Of a stretch of 25,899 nucleotides of DNA, positions 8,266 through 17,441 are shown piece after piece. The notes under the pieces were generated by a model. The model was not told where the DNA came from. It saw only the letters and a list, made by a program, of their open reading frames with translations, and ran no database searches. Numbering within the stretch: the stretch's first letter is position 1; every line of letters starts with the position of its first letter. The DNA lies in IMG/VR virus record IMGVR_UViG_3300043391_001206, positions 1 to 25,899 of that record. One strand, 5' to 3'. The position numbers and the translations under genes were made by a program. This DNA is from a virus (Duplodnaviria; Caudoviricetes).

Positions 8266-9168
8266 ATGTCTGCAACCCGCACCGCCAATATTCAATCGCT
8301 TCTTCGCAGAGGCGTCAGGTCTGTTTGGTCTTCTGATAAATATTATGCTCCTCAATGGTCAGAAATTTACGATACACATCCATCGGATCAGGAAACAGAA
8401 ATTGAAGTTGAAATGAAACTTCTGGGTCTTGCTCAAGTCCGTGCTGAAGGTGCGCCTTCGGCTGTGGATACCATGTCTCAGAAGATCATCACGCTTTATA
8501 CCCACAAATACGTCAGCTTGATGTTTGAGATTACACGTCAAGCTCGTATGGATAACCTTTACAAGTCTCAGTTTCCTCATGAAGTTCTTTCTTTGAAAAA
8601 CTCCATGCAGCAAACAAAGGAAGTCTTGGGGGCATCTCTTTTGAACAATGCCCTGAATGCAGCGAATCCCATTGGGGATGGGCAGCCTATGTTGTCCACG
8701 GCACATCCTATTGAAAAAGGATATTATGCCAATACACTCAGTATTCAGGCTGATTTAACCGAAGGCTCTCTTGAATCCATGATTATCCTGATTCAACAGT
8801 TCAAGGATCAGGCAGGACTCATTACACGTCATGTTCCGCAAAAGCTGGTTGTTCCTCCGCAGAACCAATTCGTGGCAGAACGCCTTTTGGGATCAGCTTT
8901 CCGCACAAATACGAGTATGAATGATATTTCAGCGATCTATAATCTTTCCTCGATTCCTCAGGGATATCGCGTGAATCAGTTCCTGACGTTGCCTCGTTCA
9001 TGGTTTATCCTCACCTCTGCAAAGGGCATGAATCATTATGTTCGTGAATCTCTGGAGACCTCTGTTTATACGGATATGGATACAGATAACTACAAGGTTA
9101 AGGCATTGGAGCGTTATAGCTTTGGATGCGGTAATCCACGGGCGATTGCCGGCTGTGCAGCTGTTTAA
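8266..9168 (+). CDS. major capsid protein (Mu gpT-like, HK97 fold)
   Basis: 300 aa with AGGAG RBS. GDGQPMLSTAHP, PQKLVVPP, NQFLT...WFILT and KALERYSFG motifs. Confidence 0.9.
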   Translation: MSATRTANIQSLLRRGVRSVWSSDKYYAPQWSEIYDTHPSDQETEIEVEMKLLGLAQVRAEGAPSAVDTMSQKIITLYTHKYVSLMFEITRQARMDNLYKSQFPHEVLSLKNSMQQTKEVLGASLLNNALNAANPIGDGQPMLSTAHPIEKGYYANTLSIQADLTEGSLESMIILIQQFKDQAGLITRHVPQKLVVPPQNQFVAERLLGSAFRTNTSMNDISAIYNLSSIPQGYRVNQFLTLPRSWFILTSAKGMNHYVRESLETSVYTDMDTDNYKVKALERYSFGCGNPRAIAGCAAV

Positions 9169-9190
9169 CACTCATTAAAGGATTCTGGTT

Positions 9191-10663
9191 ATGGCAAGAG
9201 GAATTAATCGCTACGCTCCGTCATTGACGACTTCCGGTGTTGTTATTTGCGATACAGATTTATCTGGTGGGAATGGCAATGATAAACCGATTGGTCCCAG
9301 TACCTATGGGTTTCTTCCTGCGGGATGGGTGGGGGGAGCGAATGGCGTTCCGATCATGCAAACTCCTAATATTGCTCTCTCTCAGACTGTAAATGCCAAT
9401 GCGTCCTTTGTTTTTAATTCAACATCACTCGTGAATATTGGATCAGTTTTCCCTGGTCAACCTGTTCAGATTCAAGTTCAGGGGATTGCCGCTGTTGCAG
9501 GAGCCGTTGTGACGTTGGTTGGATTTAACGGAAAAACTGCTGTTACGGACACTCTGACTTTTAATAACCTTGCGGCGGCCGGCCTCGCGACTCAAATTTC
9601 TGCAAATAGTTACACTTCTTTGACTTCTGCGGTGGTTACTACGCAAAACCTTACGAATGCAACGATTTCAACTGTCTATTTAAAGACAAATAGTGGACAG
9701 CCCTTTTTAGCGGCGGCACTGGATTTGAATTCCACTGCCGGTGCTTTTTTGAATCCTAAGATGTTTTCATCTGATATTGAGAATCTTGATACGATAACAA
9801 CTGCAGGACAGTCGCAAGGATCTCTGGCCAATGTTCAGAATAATGTACCGGTTTCTTATGCGACAACGGATGGCATGCAGGTCTATAACAAGACAACAGG
9901 CGCGATTTCCATAAAGCGCAATGGGGCTTGGGATAACTTTTACCTCGAAGATCTTCTCAGGACGAATTATCGCCGATCTTATACAGTTCTCAATCGATCA
10001 AAAATACAAGGAATGGGTGCGAATGGGGGATTGATTCAGGTTACACCTGCGCCTCCTGTTTATCCTGTGAATCCTACCTATTTTAAGCCTGCGACCGCCG
10101 TTGCAATCGCAACAACAACGCTTTTATCAAATGCAGTAATGCCTTATCCTGCTTCGATAATTTTAATAAATACCTCCTCAACTTCTAATATTACCTATAC
10201 CATTACAGGAACTTATAACGGAGCTACTGTTACAGAGACAATTACTGTAACGACAACAGCTGGTACAATAACAACAACCTCTGAATATAGCTTTATTACG
10301 AGCATTGTTGCTGCTGTCACAACAGCCCCTGATACAATTTCGGTGGGTATAGCTGCCTCAAGTGCCATAGTGATGCCCTATCGTCTCTCTCTTCAATTGT
10401 TTAATAAAACAACGGCATTTGCAACAGGAGGAGCGCTGGGTCTTTCTTATACAAACGCCATTGCAGGTATCGCTGGTTTTACGACAGTCAATGCTGGATT
10501 TATGACAAATGCTGCAAATAACAGCACTGTCGTACCTATCACGACAGTATCGACTCCTACCCCGAACCTTCCTCTCTTCTTTGGAAATGCTACGGCTGCA
10601 TTTACGGGTGGGCTGTCATCAGCTCAATTGATTGTCGGACTTGAATACGAAATTATTTGGTAA
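9191..10663 (+). CDS. putative head decoration/fibre protein
   Basis: 490 aa, T/A/G-rich and beta-rich. Two copies of a TITG..G..VTETIT module and an AALDLNST.GAFL.PKM...DGM.VYN fibre motif. Confidence 0.7.
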   Translation: MARGINRYAPSLTTSGVVICDTDLSGGNGNDKPIGPSTYGFLPAGWVGGANGVPIMQTPNIALSQTVNANASFVFNSTSLVNIGSVFPGQPVQIQVQGIAAVAGAVVTLVGFNGKTAVTDTLTFNNLAAAGLATQISANSYTSLTSAVVTTQNLTNATISTVYLKTNSGQPFLAAALDLNSTAGAFLNPKMFSSDIENLDTITTAGQSQGSLANVQNNVPVSYATTDGMQVYNKTTGAISIKRNGAWDNFYLEDLLRTNYRRSYTVLNRSKIQGMGANGGLIQVTPAPPVYPVNPTYFKPATAVAIATTTLLSNAVMPYPASIILINTSSTSNITYTITGTYNGATVTETITVTTTAGTITTTSEYSFITSIVAAVTTAPDTISVGIAASSAIVMPYRLSLQLFNKTTAFATGGALGLSYTNAIAGIAGFTTVNAGFMTNAANNSTVVPITTVSTPTPNLPLFFGNATAAFTGGLSSAQLIVGLEYEIIW

Positions 10664-10679
10664 CTTAAAGGAAAAGAAA

Positions 10680-10865
10680 ATGACCGTTGATACTCTTATC
10701 GAAGAATGCACAAAAGAAATGACTTCCCTGAGTCAGGAATTTTCCAATGCACAGCAGAAGTTTAATGAAGCTCAAAATGATATTCGTCAGGTTGAAGGCA
10801 AGATTATTGCTGTTCAGTCTGAACTGAAGGCTTATCATAAAGTGAAAAACTTGGGCAAAGAATAA
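10680..10865 (+). CDS. small coiled-coil protein (possible fibre assembly chaperone)
   Basis: 61 aa from ATG 10680 with AAGGA upstream. Heptad pattern throughout. Confidence 0.7.
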   Translation: MTVDTLIEECTKEMTSLSQEFSNAQQKFNEAQNDIRQVEGKIIAVQSELKAYHKVKNLGKE

Positions 10866-10892
10866 AGATTCTAAGAGAGAGGTGACATTCTC

Positions 10893-11558
10893 ATGAGTAA
10901 TTTTGCCTCTTATTCGTGGAAACTACTTTCTGGTGCGGCAAATATATCGGCATCAGCGATTCCAGTTGTTGGAATCCCTTTAACTTTTATTCCAACATTT
11001 TCTTCTGGTGTTGTTGATACGAACGGAAACGCACGCCAAATAAAAATAACAAGTGCGGGCAATGCTTCAACGTCTTCTTTTACTATTTCAGGTTCTTATT
11101 TAGGGATACCTGTGACTTGTGTAATGAATGGTCCCAATGCTACGAGCATCTATTCACCACAAGCATTTGATACAATTACTAGAATTGTTCCTACTGCCGT
11201 AGCTGCGGGCATCAATGTTTCAGTAGGAATTGCAGAATCAGGAAATACGGGATGGTTCCCTATTAATGAATATTCAAATATGAATCTTTCATTTTCTGTG
11301 AATATCACTGCCGGAACTATGAGTTTTTTCCCTATGATTGTTCAAGATTCTATTAATCCTAATGCCGTTTCCTTTGATACAGTTACTGGAAAAATGAATA
11401 CACCGGTTTCATGGTCTCCAAATGCGGCGAGAAATCTTAATGTTTATGAAGTGGCAAGCAATATTCCAGGGAAATTTGCGTGTATTAATGTGATCAATGC
11501 GTCATACAATAGCGGAACTTTCTTGGCATCAATTTATCAGCCTCACGGGAGGAAATAA
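10893..11558 (+). CDS. putative structural beta-sandwich protein
   Basis: 221 aa with GAGGT RBS and an ARQIKITSAGNASTSSFTISG...FDTITRI module. Confidence 0.75.
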   Translation: MSNFASYSWKLLSGAANISASAIPVVGIPLTFIPTFSSGVVDTNGNARQIKITSAGNASTSSFTISGSYLGIPVTCVMNGPNATSIYSPQAFDTITRIVPTAVAAGINVSVGIAESGNTGWFPINEYSNMNLSFSVNITAGTMSFFPMIVQDSINPNAVSFDTVTGKMNTPVSWSPNAARNLNVYEVASNIPGKFACINVINASYNSGTFLASIYQPHGRK

Positions 11559-12079
11559 TGGCGATTATATCGAATTATCCGCCCTTCTATGGCCAATATA
11601 CAAATGACGGTGGTCAAACAGTTAAAAGCTCATGGTTTTATGCCAATATGTCCACACAGATGACAGCGTGTAACTTTGATCCGCTTCTATCTCCGTTTCA
11701 AGCGAGGTCTCAGGCCTTTTATTCGGCAAGCACACAGAATCCTCTTGTCTATTATGCCTTAACGCTTTCTCAACTTCAGACGGCTTTTCCTCAGTCTTCC
11801 TATGTTTTTCTTTCTGGCGTTCCTTTTTATACAGTTCCTGGGTATGGGAATGTGACGAATATTCAAACTCTTTATTCCAGCGCCTTGCCACTTTCTGCCG
11901 CTATTCCTAAAGTTCTCATCGAGAAAAAAGATGAGATTGAAGAGAAAAAAGAAGAGGCTTATGTTGAGAGTGCTGAAGAAAAGAAGAAACTAAAAGATAA
12001 GAAGTCTTCTGCTCCTGTTTATTCTTCTCTTTCCGACATACAAGATCAGATCAAGGATCTTTTGAATAAAAAGAGGTAA
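11558..12079 (+). CDS. hypothetical virion protein with charged C-terminal tail
   Basis: 173 aa, TAATG coupling, GGAGG RBS. Confidence 0.7.
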   Translation: MAIISNYPPFYGQYTNDGGQTVKSSWFYANMSTQMTACNFDPLLSPFQARSQAFYSASTQNPLVYYALTLSQLQTAFPQSSYVFLSGVPFYTVPGYGNVTNIQTLYSSALPLSAAIPKVLIEKKDEIEEKKEEAYVESAEEKKKLKDKKSSAPVYSSLSDIQDQIKDLLNKKR

Positions 12080-12084
12080 GCCTG

Positions 12085-13305
12085 ATGGTCTCTCTCTCCA
12101 CATGGGGAGGAAATAGTGATGAAGTTTCCTTCCAGAATATTACCAATGAATGGCTTATTCGTGAGGCTTATGAACGCATAGAAGTAGTCATGGACGATGC
12201 CTCCGGTGTTGATGCGCTCACGGCTCTTCGTTCAATGAATTTTATCCTCACAGACTGGATGAATTACGGCATCCGCCAATGGATGGTGCGGAGCATTATG
12301 GTGCCTGTGGTTGTGGGTCAATCGGTTTATCCTGTGACCGACATTAAAGGTAATCCTGTCCTCAGTGATATTCAGGAAATGAGCCTGCGGATTCAGCAAC
12401 GGCTGACACAGCTTTTAAATGCTCCCAGTCTTAATCTTCCTGCCAATGGCGTCAGCTTTGATTCTGAGGGCAGCCTGACCAGTGACAATGCTTTTGATGG
12501 CAATACTTCTACCTCTTGCACGCAAGTTAATCCTGACGGCTTTATCGGATGGAATTTTAATGGAGGGTTGAATCTTGGGAATACTCAGCAATATTCCGGT
12601 ATGACATTGGTGGGGATTCAAGTTAATCCCAATACACTCTTGACCGATACCCGCTATACGATCGTGGTGGAAACATCTTCAGATGGCGTGACATGGTCAA
12701 CAATAGCTCAGTTTCCGAAGATTCCTTATCCTGCCGGTAAGATTGTATGGCAGCAAGCTCCTCAGAGCATATCCTTGCAGTATATCCGTATTCGGGAAAC
12801 AGGAGGATTGATCCTCGATATTGCAGAACTTTATTTCTCTGAAATTACGCAAGATATTCTCATGACTAATATCTCAAGGTCTGAATATATGTCCTTGCCT
12901 CAGAAGACGACAACCAATGGGCTTCCCAATCAATATTTCCTGGATCGTCAGATTACGCCCCAGCTTTATATCTGGCCTTTCCCAACAACGAATGTAGGTG
13001 TTGTGAATCCTCTTGTGCAACCGCCTTACATGAATACGTATATTCTGCTGATTGAATATAAGGGAGCCTTGCTGGATGCGGGGAGTCTCTTTAATACGCC
13101 TGAAATTCCTTCACGATTTTATGAGGCAATGGTTTCGCAGCTTGCCGTGAGGCTTGCCATTAAAAAAGGGAAGGCGGATAAAATAGACCTTCTTAGAGAT
13201 TTGGCAGCAACAGCTTGGAATTCAGCCAGAGCGGAAGATACAGAGCGTGTCCCCATGCGGTTTTATACAGACCCTTTCAATAATGGTTCTGGATGGAGTT
13301 ATTAA
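12085..13305 (+). CDS. putative head-tail adaptor/tail tubular protein with inserted discoidin (F5/8 type C)-like domain
   Basis: TALRSMNFILTDWMNYG and ISRSEYMSLPQK...PNQYFLDRQITPQLYIWP adaptor-like motifs flank NAFDGNTSTS...ETSSDGVTWSTI...QYIRIR...IAELYF. Confidence 0.7.
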   Translation: MVSLSTWGGNSDEVSFQNITNEWLIREAYERIEVVMDDASGVDALTALRSMNFILTDWMNYGIRQWMVRSIMVPVVVGQSVYPVTDIKGNPVLSDIQEMSLRIQQRLTQLLNAPSLNLPANGVSFDSEGSLTSDNAFDGNTSTSCTQVNPDGFIGWNFNGGLNLGNTQQYSGMTLVGIQVNPNTLLTDTRYTIVVETSSDGVTWSTIAQFPKIPYPAGKIVWQQAPQSISLQYIRIRETGGLILDIAELYFSEITQDILMTNISRSEYMSLPQKTTTNGLPNQYFLDRQITPQLYIWPFPTTNVGVVNPLVQPPYMNTYILLIEYKGALLDAGSLFNTPEIPSRFYEAMVSQLAVRLAIKKGKADKIDLLRDLAATAWNSARAEDTERVPMRFYTDPFNNGSGWSY

Positions 13306-13331
13306 ATAGCATAATGAATAAAGGATAAACT

Positions 13332-13457
13332 ATGTTAAAAGTATTGTGTGTCTCTCTTTGCCTCAGCTTAACGGCCTGTAGTGTTCCCCTCAGTTTTTGG
13401 GAAGAAGAAGTCGAAAAAGTTGAGGAAGATGTCGTTGAGGAAATCATCAAGTTATGA
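13332..13457 (+). CDS. 41-aa lipoprotein
   Basis: Manual translation: MLKVLCVSLCLSLTACSVPLSFWEEEVEKVEEDVVEEIIKL*. Lipobox LTAC, AAGGA RBS at 13321, ATGA overlap with the next gene. Confidence 0.7.
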   Translation: MLKVLCVSLCLSLTACSVPLSFWEEEVEKVEEDVVEEIIKL

Positions 13458-13810
13458 TCTATGGCAGGCTTGTTCATATAGACCCTGACAATCCCAGAGC
13501 TACAGCTTACTGTGATAAGACGGGATTTCCCTGCATGCGTCATGATCTGGTCAAGCAATATCAATATCATGGTCAGTCTCTTGTCTGGACAGGATTTTGG
13601 GTTCATAAAAATTATGTTGACAAGCCCAGCCCGTGGATGAAAACTATCATCCTGAAAGCGGATCCTGTCCCTGTTCGAGAACCCAAGCCAGGACTTGGAG
13701 CGGATGCCCCCGTGGTTGTTCCGGATGCGGGAACAAACCCGCAAAGATTGGAAGAATTGCAAAATGTCGGAACATGGAATCAAAAGCCAAATGCGTCATT
13801 TGTTCCATAG
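13454..13810 (+). CDS. conserved phage tail-module protein
   Basis: 118 aa with ATAYCDKTGF...WTGFWV...DKPSP...DPVPVREPKP pattern. Confidence 0.75.
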   Translation: MIYGRLVHIDPDNPRATAYCDKTGFPCMRHDLVKQYQYHGQSLVWTGFWVHKNYVDKPSPWMKTIILKADPVPVREPKPGLGADAPVVVPDAGTNPQRLEELQNVGTWNQKPNASFVP

Positions 13811-13819
13811 GAATAACCG

Positions 13820-16372
13820 ATGACACTGCCCGCAAATAATTTTACTCAGCCCTACAAGAGATTGAGTTCCGGTTCTTCTATGCAGAGCCAGACGTTAGTC
13901 ATTGCAGATCAGCCCATTGATGATCCCAATCCAAGAAAAGATAGCTCTGGCAATCCCATTCCCTTTGTCCCTCGTGAAAATATTACGCAAGTCTATGTTC
14001 CTGATGTCGGCAATGTTCCTGTGGATGCAGCTCTTGAGCTTAGGTCTACGTCATCAGCATTGCTTTTAAATCGCATGTCCTATGCTCAAATGCTGCTTTT
14101 AAATGCAACAGATGGCATGGTTGTTTTTGTGACATCAGGAGCACCGGATCCTCTTCCCTCGCAGTCTCTTTATATTCATAGCAATGGAGATTGGGAAGCT
14201 GTAGGGCTGTCTTCAGGCTCTCTTGAGATGGTCTCTCCTCTTCCGGATGTCGCAGGACAATTGATTGTGACGCCTGATCCTCTTGTATCAAACAAAGTGT
14301 GTGGTCTTTTTGCGGAAGATCTTTTCGGGAAGCTTTATCCTATTACTTTTGACAATATTAATCCCCAGCTTTCCTTATCTCGTTTAGGGAAATCGAATCT
14401 TAATGCAACACCAAGTTATTATTCTCTCGATGGTGGATCAGGGCTTAATTTTCTGGATTTTGGCAGCATCTCTATTTTCTCTCAAGTCAATGGAGGTCTG
14501 ACAGATAACCCCTTCCTCATTTTTAACTTCGGCAGTACAAACTATTCTCATAATACGATGGTCACAGATGGCGTAGATAGTCGTCCTTCTGGCGGTTTCC
14601 TTCCCACTGTCGATACCGCTCTTTTTGAGCTTCGCGTTGATTCTACTAATACGGGAAGCGGTCAATCGATGCCAGGTGGATTCCTGACGGCACGATTAAC
14701 GAACGCACAAGCAAATTTCATTATTAATCGAAATTCTGGGACTGATTTATCTTCAGGGCTTCTTGATGGAATGTCCTGGTATAATAGCGATGTTTCAGCT
14801 TATCAACAGATTAGAAATAAGATTTTTTGTACAATTCCTTACATGATGGATTATACCACTTGGAATTCATTTGCTATTGGGAATGGCGCATTTGTAAGGG
14901 CAACAGGGCAGGCCGATCAAGCCATTGTTATAGGATACAATGCGGCTATAAAAAATGTAGGGTCTGGCGCCACGGGCACTGCTAAAGGAGCAGTTGTTAT
15001 TGGTAGCGGAGCTACTATAGAAGGATCAGGATCTTCTGGTACTACTGATGGATCAATTGTTATAGGATACAATGCTGCTATAAAAGGCACTAGCTCTAAT
15101 GGAAATAGTCAAGCAGCAATTGTTATTGGTAGCTCCGCTACCATAGAACCTACTTCATCATATTCTATTGCCATAGGATACCAAGCAAAGATTAATGGAA
15201 ATATCCAAAATTCTATTGCTTTTGGATATAATGCTGTAGCGAATTATTCGAATACTTTCATACTTTCATCTCTTCTTCATCTTGGGTTAGGTGGGCAAGC
15301 TAATCCTCTTTATTCCATTCATATTGGAAATTCTACCGGTAGCTCTTTTGCTATAGATAGTCCGGACGGAACAAAGACATGCGTCTTTAAAGCAAGCAAT
15401 GATCAGATTTTTGATTATTATTGCCCCATCAGGATTGGAGGGGCAGGATTTAACTATACTGCAAAAAGTATTTCCTTCCCAGGAGGATCCGTTAAGACTT
15501 ATACGCAGTATGGTTTTTTAAACGGCACTAATCCTACTGGAATAGCCGTATTAGTTGCTACCCCTGTCAGTCTCATTGCGGAACAGCGTATTGTGTGTTC
15601 TGAGTTTAATGCCTATAGCTCTGCTAAAATTAAAAATATTCTTGAAGAAGATCAAAATATTCTCAAAAAAGAAAGTATCAGTCTTTTTAAGAAAATTTCT
15701 TTTGCCAAATATCAATATAAAGATCCCAGGGAAGGTCACGGAGACTTTTATGGACTCATTGCCGAGAAATTAAGAGAGGTGATGCCGAACGCTGTTCATG
15801 ATTATGTGAGGTTTGCTCCTAATATCATGAAGAAAGCGTCTGTCTCTAAAATTAAAGAAGGCGAGTTTTTGATTTCCTTTGATACACTCATCAATATTGC
15901 TTCTTCCTCTATCGTTAAATTCTATCTTCCAAATGATTTAGAAAAAGAAGGCGAAATACTGGACGTTCAATCTGTGACTGAAGAAGAGAATATCTTTACG
16001 CAACTGAAGGTTGCTTGCGTGCTGGACTGCAAGAATGATCAGGAAGAATACAATTATTTTGACGAAGTCTTTGTTTATGGGACGCAAGATAATTGTCCAA
16101 CAGTCGCAAAAGAGAAGGCTTTTGAGCTTTCTATGATTGTTCTTCAGGATGTTCTGGGGCGTGTTGAAAGCATCGAAAAAATGACTTTTTACAAGGTATC
16201 TATAGGATTGAAGAAGCTATTTTCTTATGTGAAGAAATATCAATTTTTGATGGGGTTCATAGCTTTCTGGATATTGATGTTCATGATCGTTCAAGTGAGT
16301 GGTAGATTTAATCCTAAAATTCAGGCTATGTTTGAAGACTTAATAACCCTTTTTAAGGAAGTCGTGAATTAA
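13820..16372 (+). CDS. tail fibre/spike with YadA-head-like repeats, S74-type intramolecular chaperone and C-terminal hydrophobic helix
   Basis: (S/A)IxIGxxA repeats at about 14864-15260. YSSAKIKN...YQYKD...GLIAEKLREVMPNAV matches the S74 chaperone pattern. C-terminal FLMGFIAFWILMFMIVQV. Confidence 0.8.
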   Translation: MTLPANNFTQPYKRLSSGSSMQSQTLVIADQPIDDPNPRKDSSGNPIPFVPRENITQVYVPDVGNVPVDAALELRSTSSALLLNRMSYAQMLLLNATDGMVVFVTSGAPDPLPSQSLYIHSNGDWEAVGLSSGSLEMVSPLPDVAGQLIVTPDPLVSNKVCGLFAEDLFGKLYPITFDNINPQLSLSRLGKSNLNATPSYYSLDGGSGLNFLDFGSISIFSQVNGGLTDNPFLIFNFGSTNYSHNTMVTDGVDSRPSGGFLPTVDTALFELRVDSTNTGSGQSMPGGFLTARLTNAQANFIINRNSGTDLSSGLLDGMSWYNSDVSAYQQIRNKIFCTIPYMMDYTTWNSFAIGNGAFVRATGQADQAIVIGYNAAIKNVGSGATGTAKGAVVIGSGATIEGSGSSGTTDGSIVIGYNAAIKGTSSNGNSQAAIVIGSSATIEPTSSYSIAIGYQAKINGNIQNSIAFGYNAVANYSNTFILSSLLHLGLGGQANPLYSIHIGNSTGSSFAIDSPDGTKTCVFKASNDQIFDYYCPIRIGGAGFNYTAKSISFPGGSVKTYTQYGFLNGTNPTGIAVLVATPVSLIAEQRIVCSEFNAYSSAKIKNILEEDQNILKKESISLFKKISFAKYQYKDPREGHGDFYGLIAEKLREVMPNAVHDYVRFAPNIMKKASVSKIKEGEFLISFDTLINIASSSIVKFYLPNDLEKEGEILDVQSVTEEENIFTQLKVACVLDCKNDQEEYNYFDEVFVYGTQDNCPTVAKEKAFELSMIVLQDVLGRVESIEKMTFYKVSIGLKKLFSYVKKYQFLMGFIAFWILMFMIVQVSGRFNPKIQAMFEDLITLFKEVVN
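14864..15260 (+). repeat. YadA/Hep_Hag-like coding repeats
   Basis: About seven AIVIGYNA-type units. A near-identical 30-nt DNA copy ATTGTTATAGGATACAATGC(G/T)GCTATAAAA occurs twice. Confidence 0.75.
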
Positions 16373-16373
16373 A

Positions 16374-16586
16374 ATGGCATATAAATTTTTAAGTAACGTT
16401 TGTGATTTTATTATTCGGATAAAATGGATGTATATTTTGGCGTTCTCTTCAGCGATTGGATTGATTCTTGCCTTTATCATCTATAAATCTGATTTGTCAT
16501 CTTTCTCTCATTACATAAAGAAAGATGTTCTCTCTATTTCAAAAGATTTAGAAAGCATTGGGGAACAGCCGGAAAAAGAGGAATAA
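16374..16586 (+). CDS. small single-pass membrane protein (holin/antiholin-like possible)
   Basis: 70 aa with hydrophobic WMYILAFSSAIGLILAFIIY and a charged C-terminus. Confidence 0.6.
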   Translation: MAYKFLSNVCDFIIRIKWMYILAFSSAIGLILAFIIYKSDLSSFSHYIKKDVLSISKDLESIGEQPEKEE

Positions 16587-16590
16587 TCCT

Positions 16591-17247
16591 GTGGCGATGA
16601 CCTACAATTCTCTTGTCTCTCAAATGCTGGCAACAGTTGATCGGTCTGATATTGTCATTACAGATTATGTTTCTGATTTTATTAACCAGGCTCATGAGAG
16701 AATATCACGAGATGGCGTCTCCTTAGAGATGGTGACTTATGCTAATGGAAGTCTTCCTCTCACATCTTCTATGCCAAAGCCTTCTTTATGGAAAAGGCCT
16801 CTTTCTTTTAATATCAAGATCCCTGATCCATCGGGAAACTCTTATCCTGACCAATATCAGATTGTGGAATGGCGTTCTTATGATTATTGCCGTCAGTATT
16901 ATCCTGCTGATTCTGCTTTGCCGCTTAGGTCTCTTCTTCCTGTATTCTACGGAGACTACGGCAGGGAAAATTTTATTTTGTCTCCTGTTCCTTCCATTTC
17001 TTATAATTTTGAGCTTTCTTTTTATGGAACGCCTCCTCTTCTTTCTCCTCTCATTCAAACCAATATGCTGACGAAATATGTTCCAAATTTGCTGCTTTAT
17101 GCTTCCATGCTGGAAATGTCTAATTTTTTGAAGGAAGATGATCGAATTGCTGTCTGGACTCAGACTTACGAAAAGGCACTTGAGGGCGTTAATCTCTCGG
17201 ATATTCAGTCTAAAGAAGATCGCTTTGCAAAGAGAGAGAAAGACTAA
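16591..17247 (+). CDS. putative tail adaptor/gatekeeper protein
   Basis: GTG 16591 (or ATG 16597) with GAGGA RBS. MTYNSL...FINQAHERI...LSPVP...PNLLLYASMLE pattern. Confidence 0.75.
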   Translation: MAMTYNSLVSQMLATVDRSDIVITDYVSDFINQAHERISRDGVSLEMVTYANGSLPLTSSMPKPSLWKRPLSFNIKIPDPSGNSYPDQYQIVEWRSYDYCRQYYPADSALPLRSLLPVFYGDYGRENFILSPVPSISYNFELSFYGTPPLLSPLIQTNMLTKYVPNLLLYASMLEMSNFLKEDDRIAVWTQTYEKALEGVNLSDIQSKEDRFAKREKD

Positions 17248-17441
17248 TGCCCTTTAAAACAACGAGACAATTGCCTCCTCTTGTGAGAAAGAAACTCTCT
17301 CCTCATCAGCAAGAAATATTCAGATCAGCTTTTAACAGTGCTTGGGCAGAGTATGCTTCTGATCCTTTCGACAGACGTGAAGGGCATGCTTTTCGCATTG
17401 CTTATGCTGCGATCAGGAACGAGAAGAAAGAAAGAACATGA
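17247..17441 (+). CDS. chaB: ChaB family protein
   Basis: MPFKTTRQLPPLVRKKLSPHQQEIFRSAFNSAWAEY...AFRIAYAAIR closely follows the ChaB consensus LPxxVxxxLPxHAQxIYxxAFNxA...AxxxAWAAVK. Confidence 0.85.
   Translation: MPFKTTRQLPPLVRKKLSPHQQEIFRSAFNSAWAEYASDPFDRREGHAFRIAYAAIRNEKKERT

Noticed and set aside
14920-15090. Diversity-generating retroelement template/variable repeat pair in the fibre
   Set aside because: The repeats are short in-frame YadA-type units, the difference is not adenine-specific, and no reverse transcriptase is present.
16374-16586. Complete lysis cassette
   Set aside because: No endolysin is recognisable in the window, so a holin call cannot be supported beyond the single TM helix.
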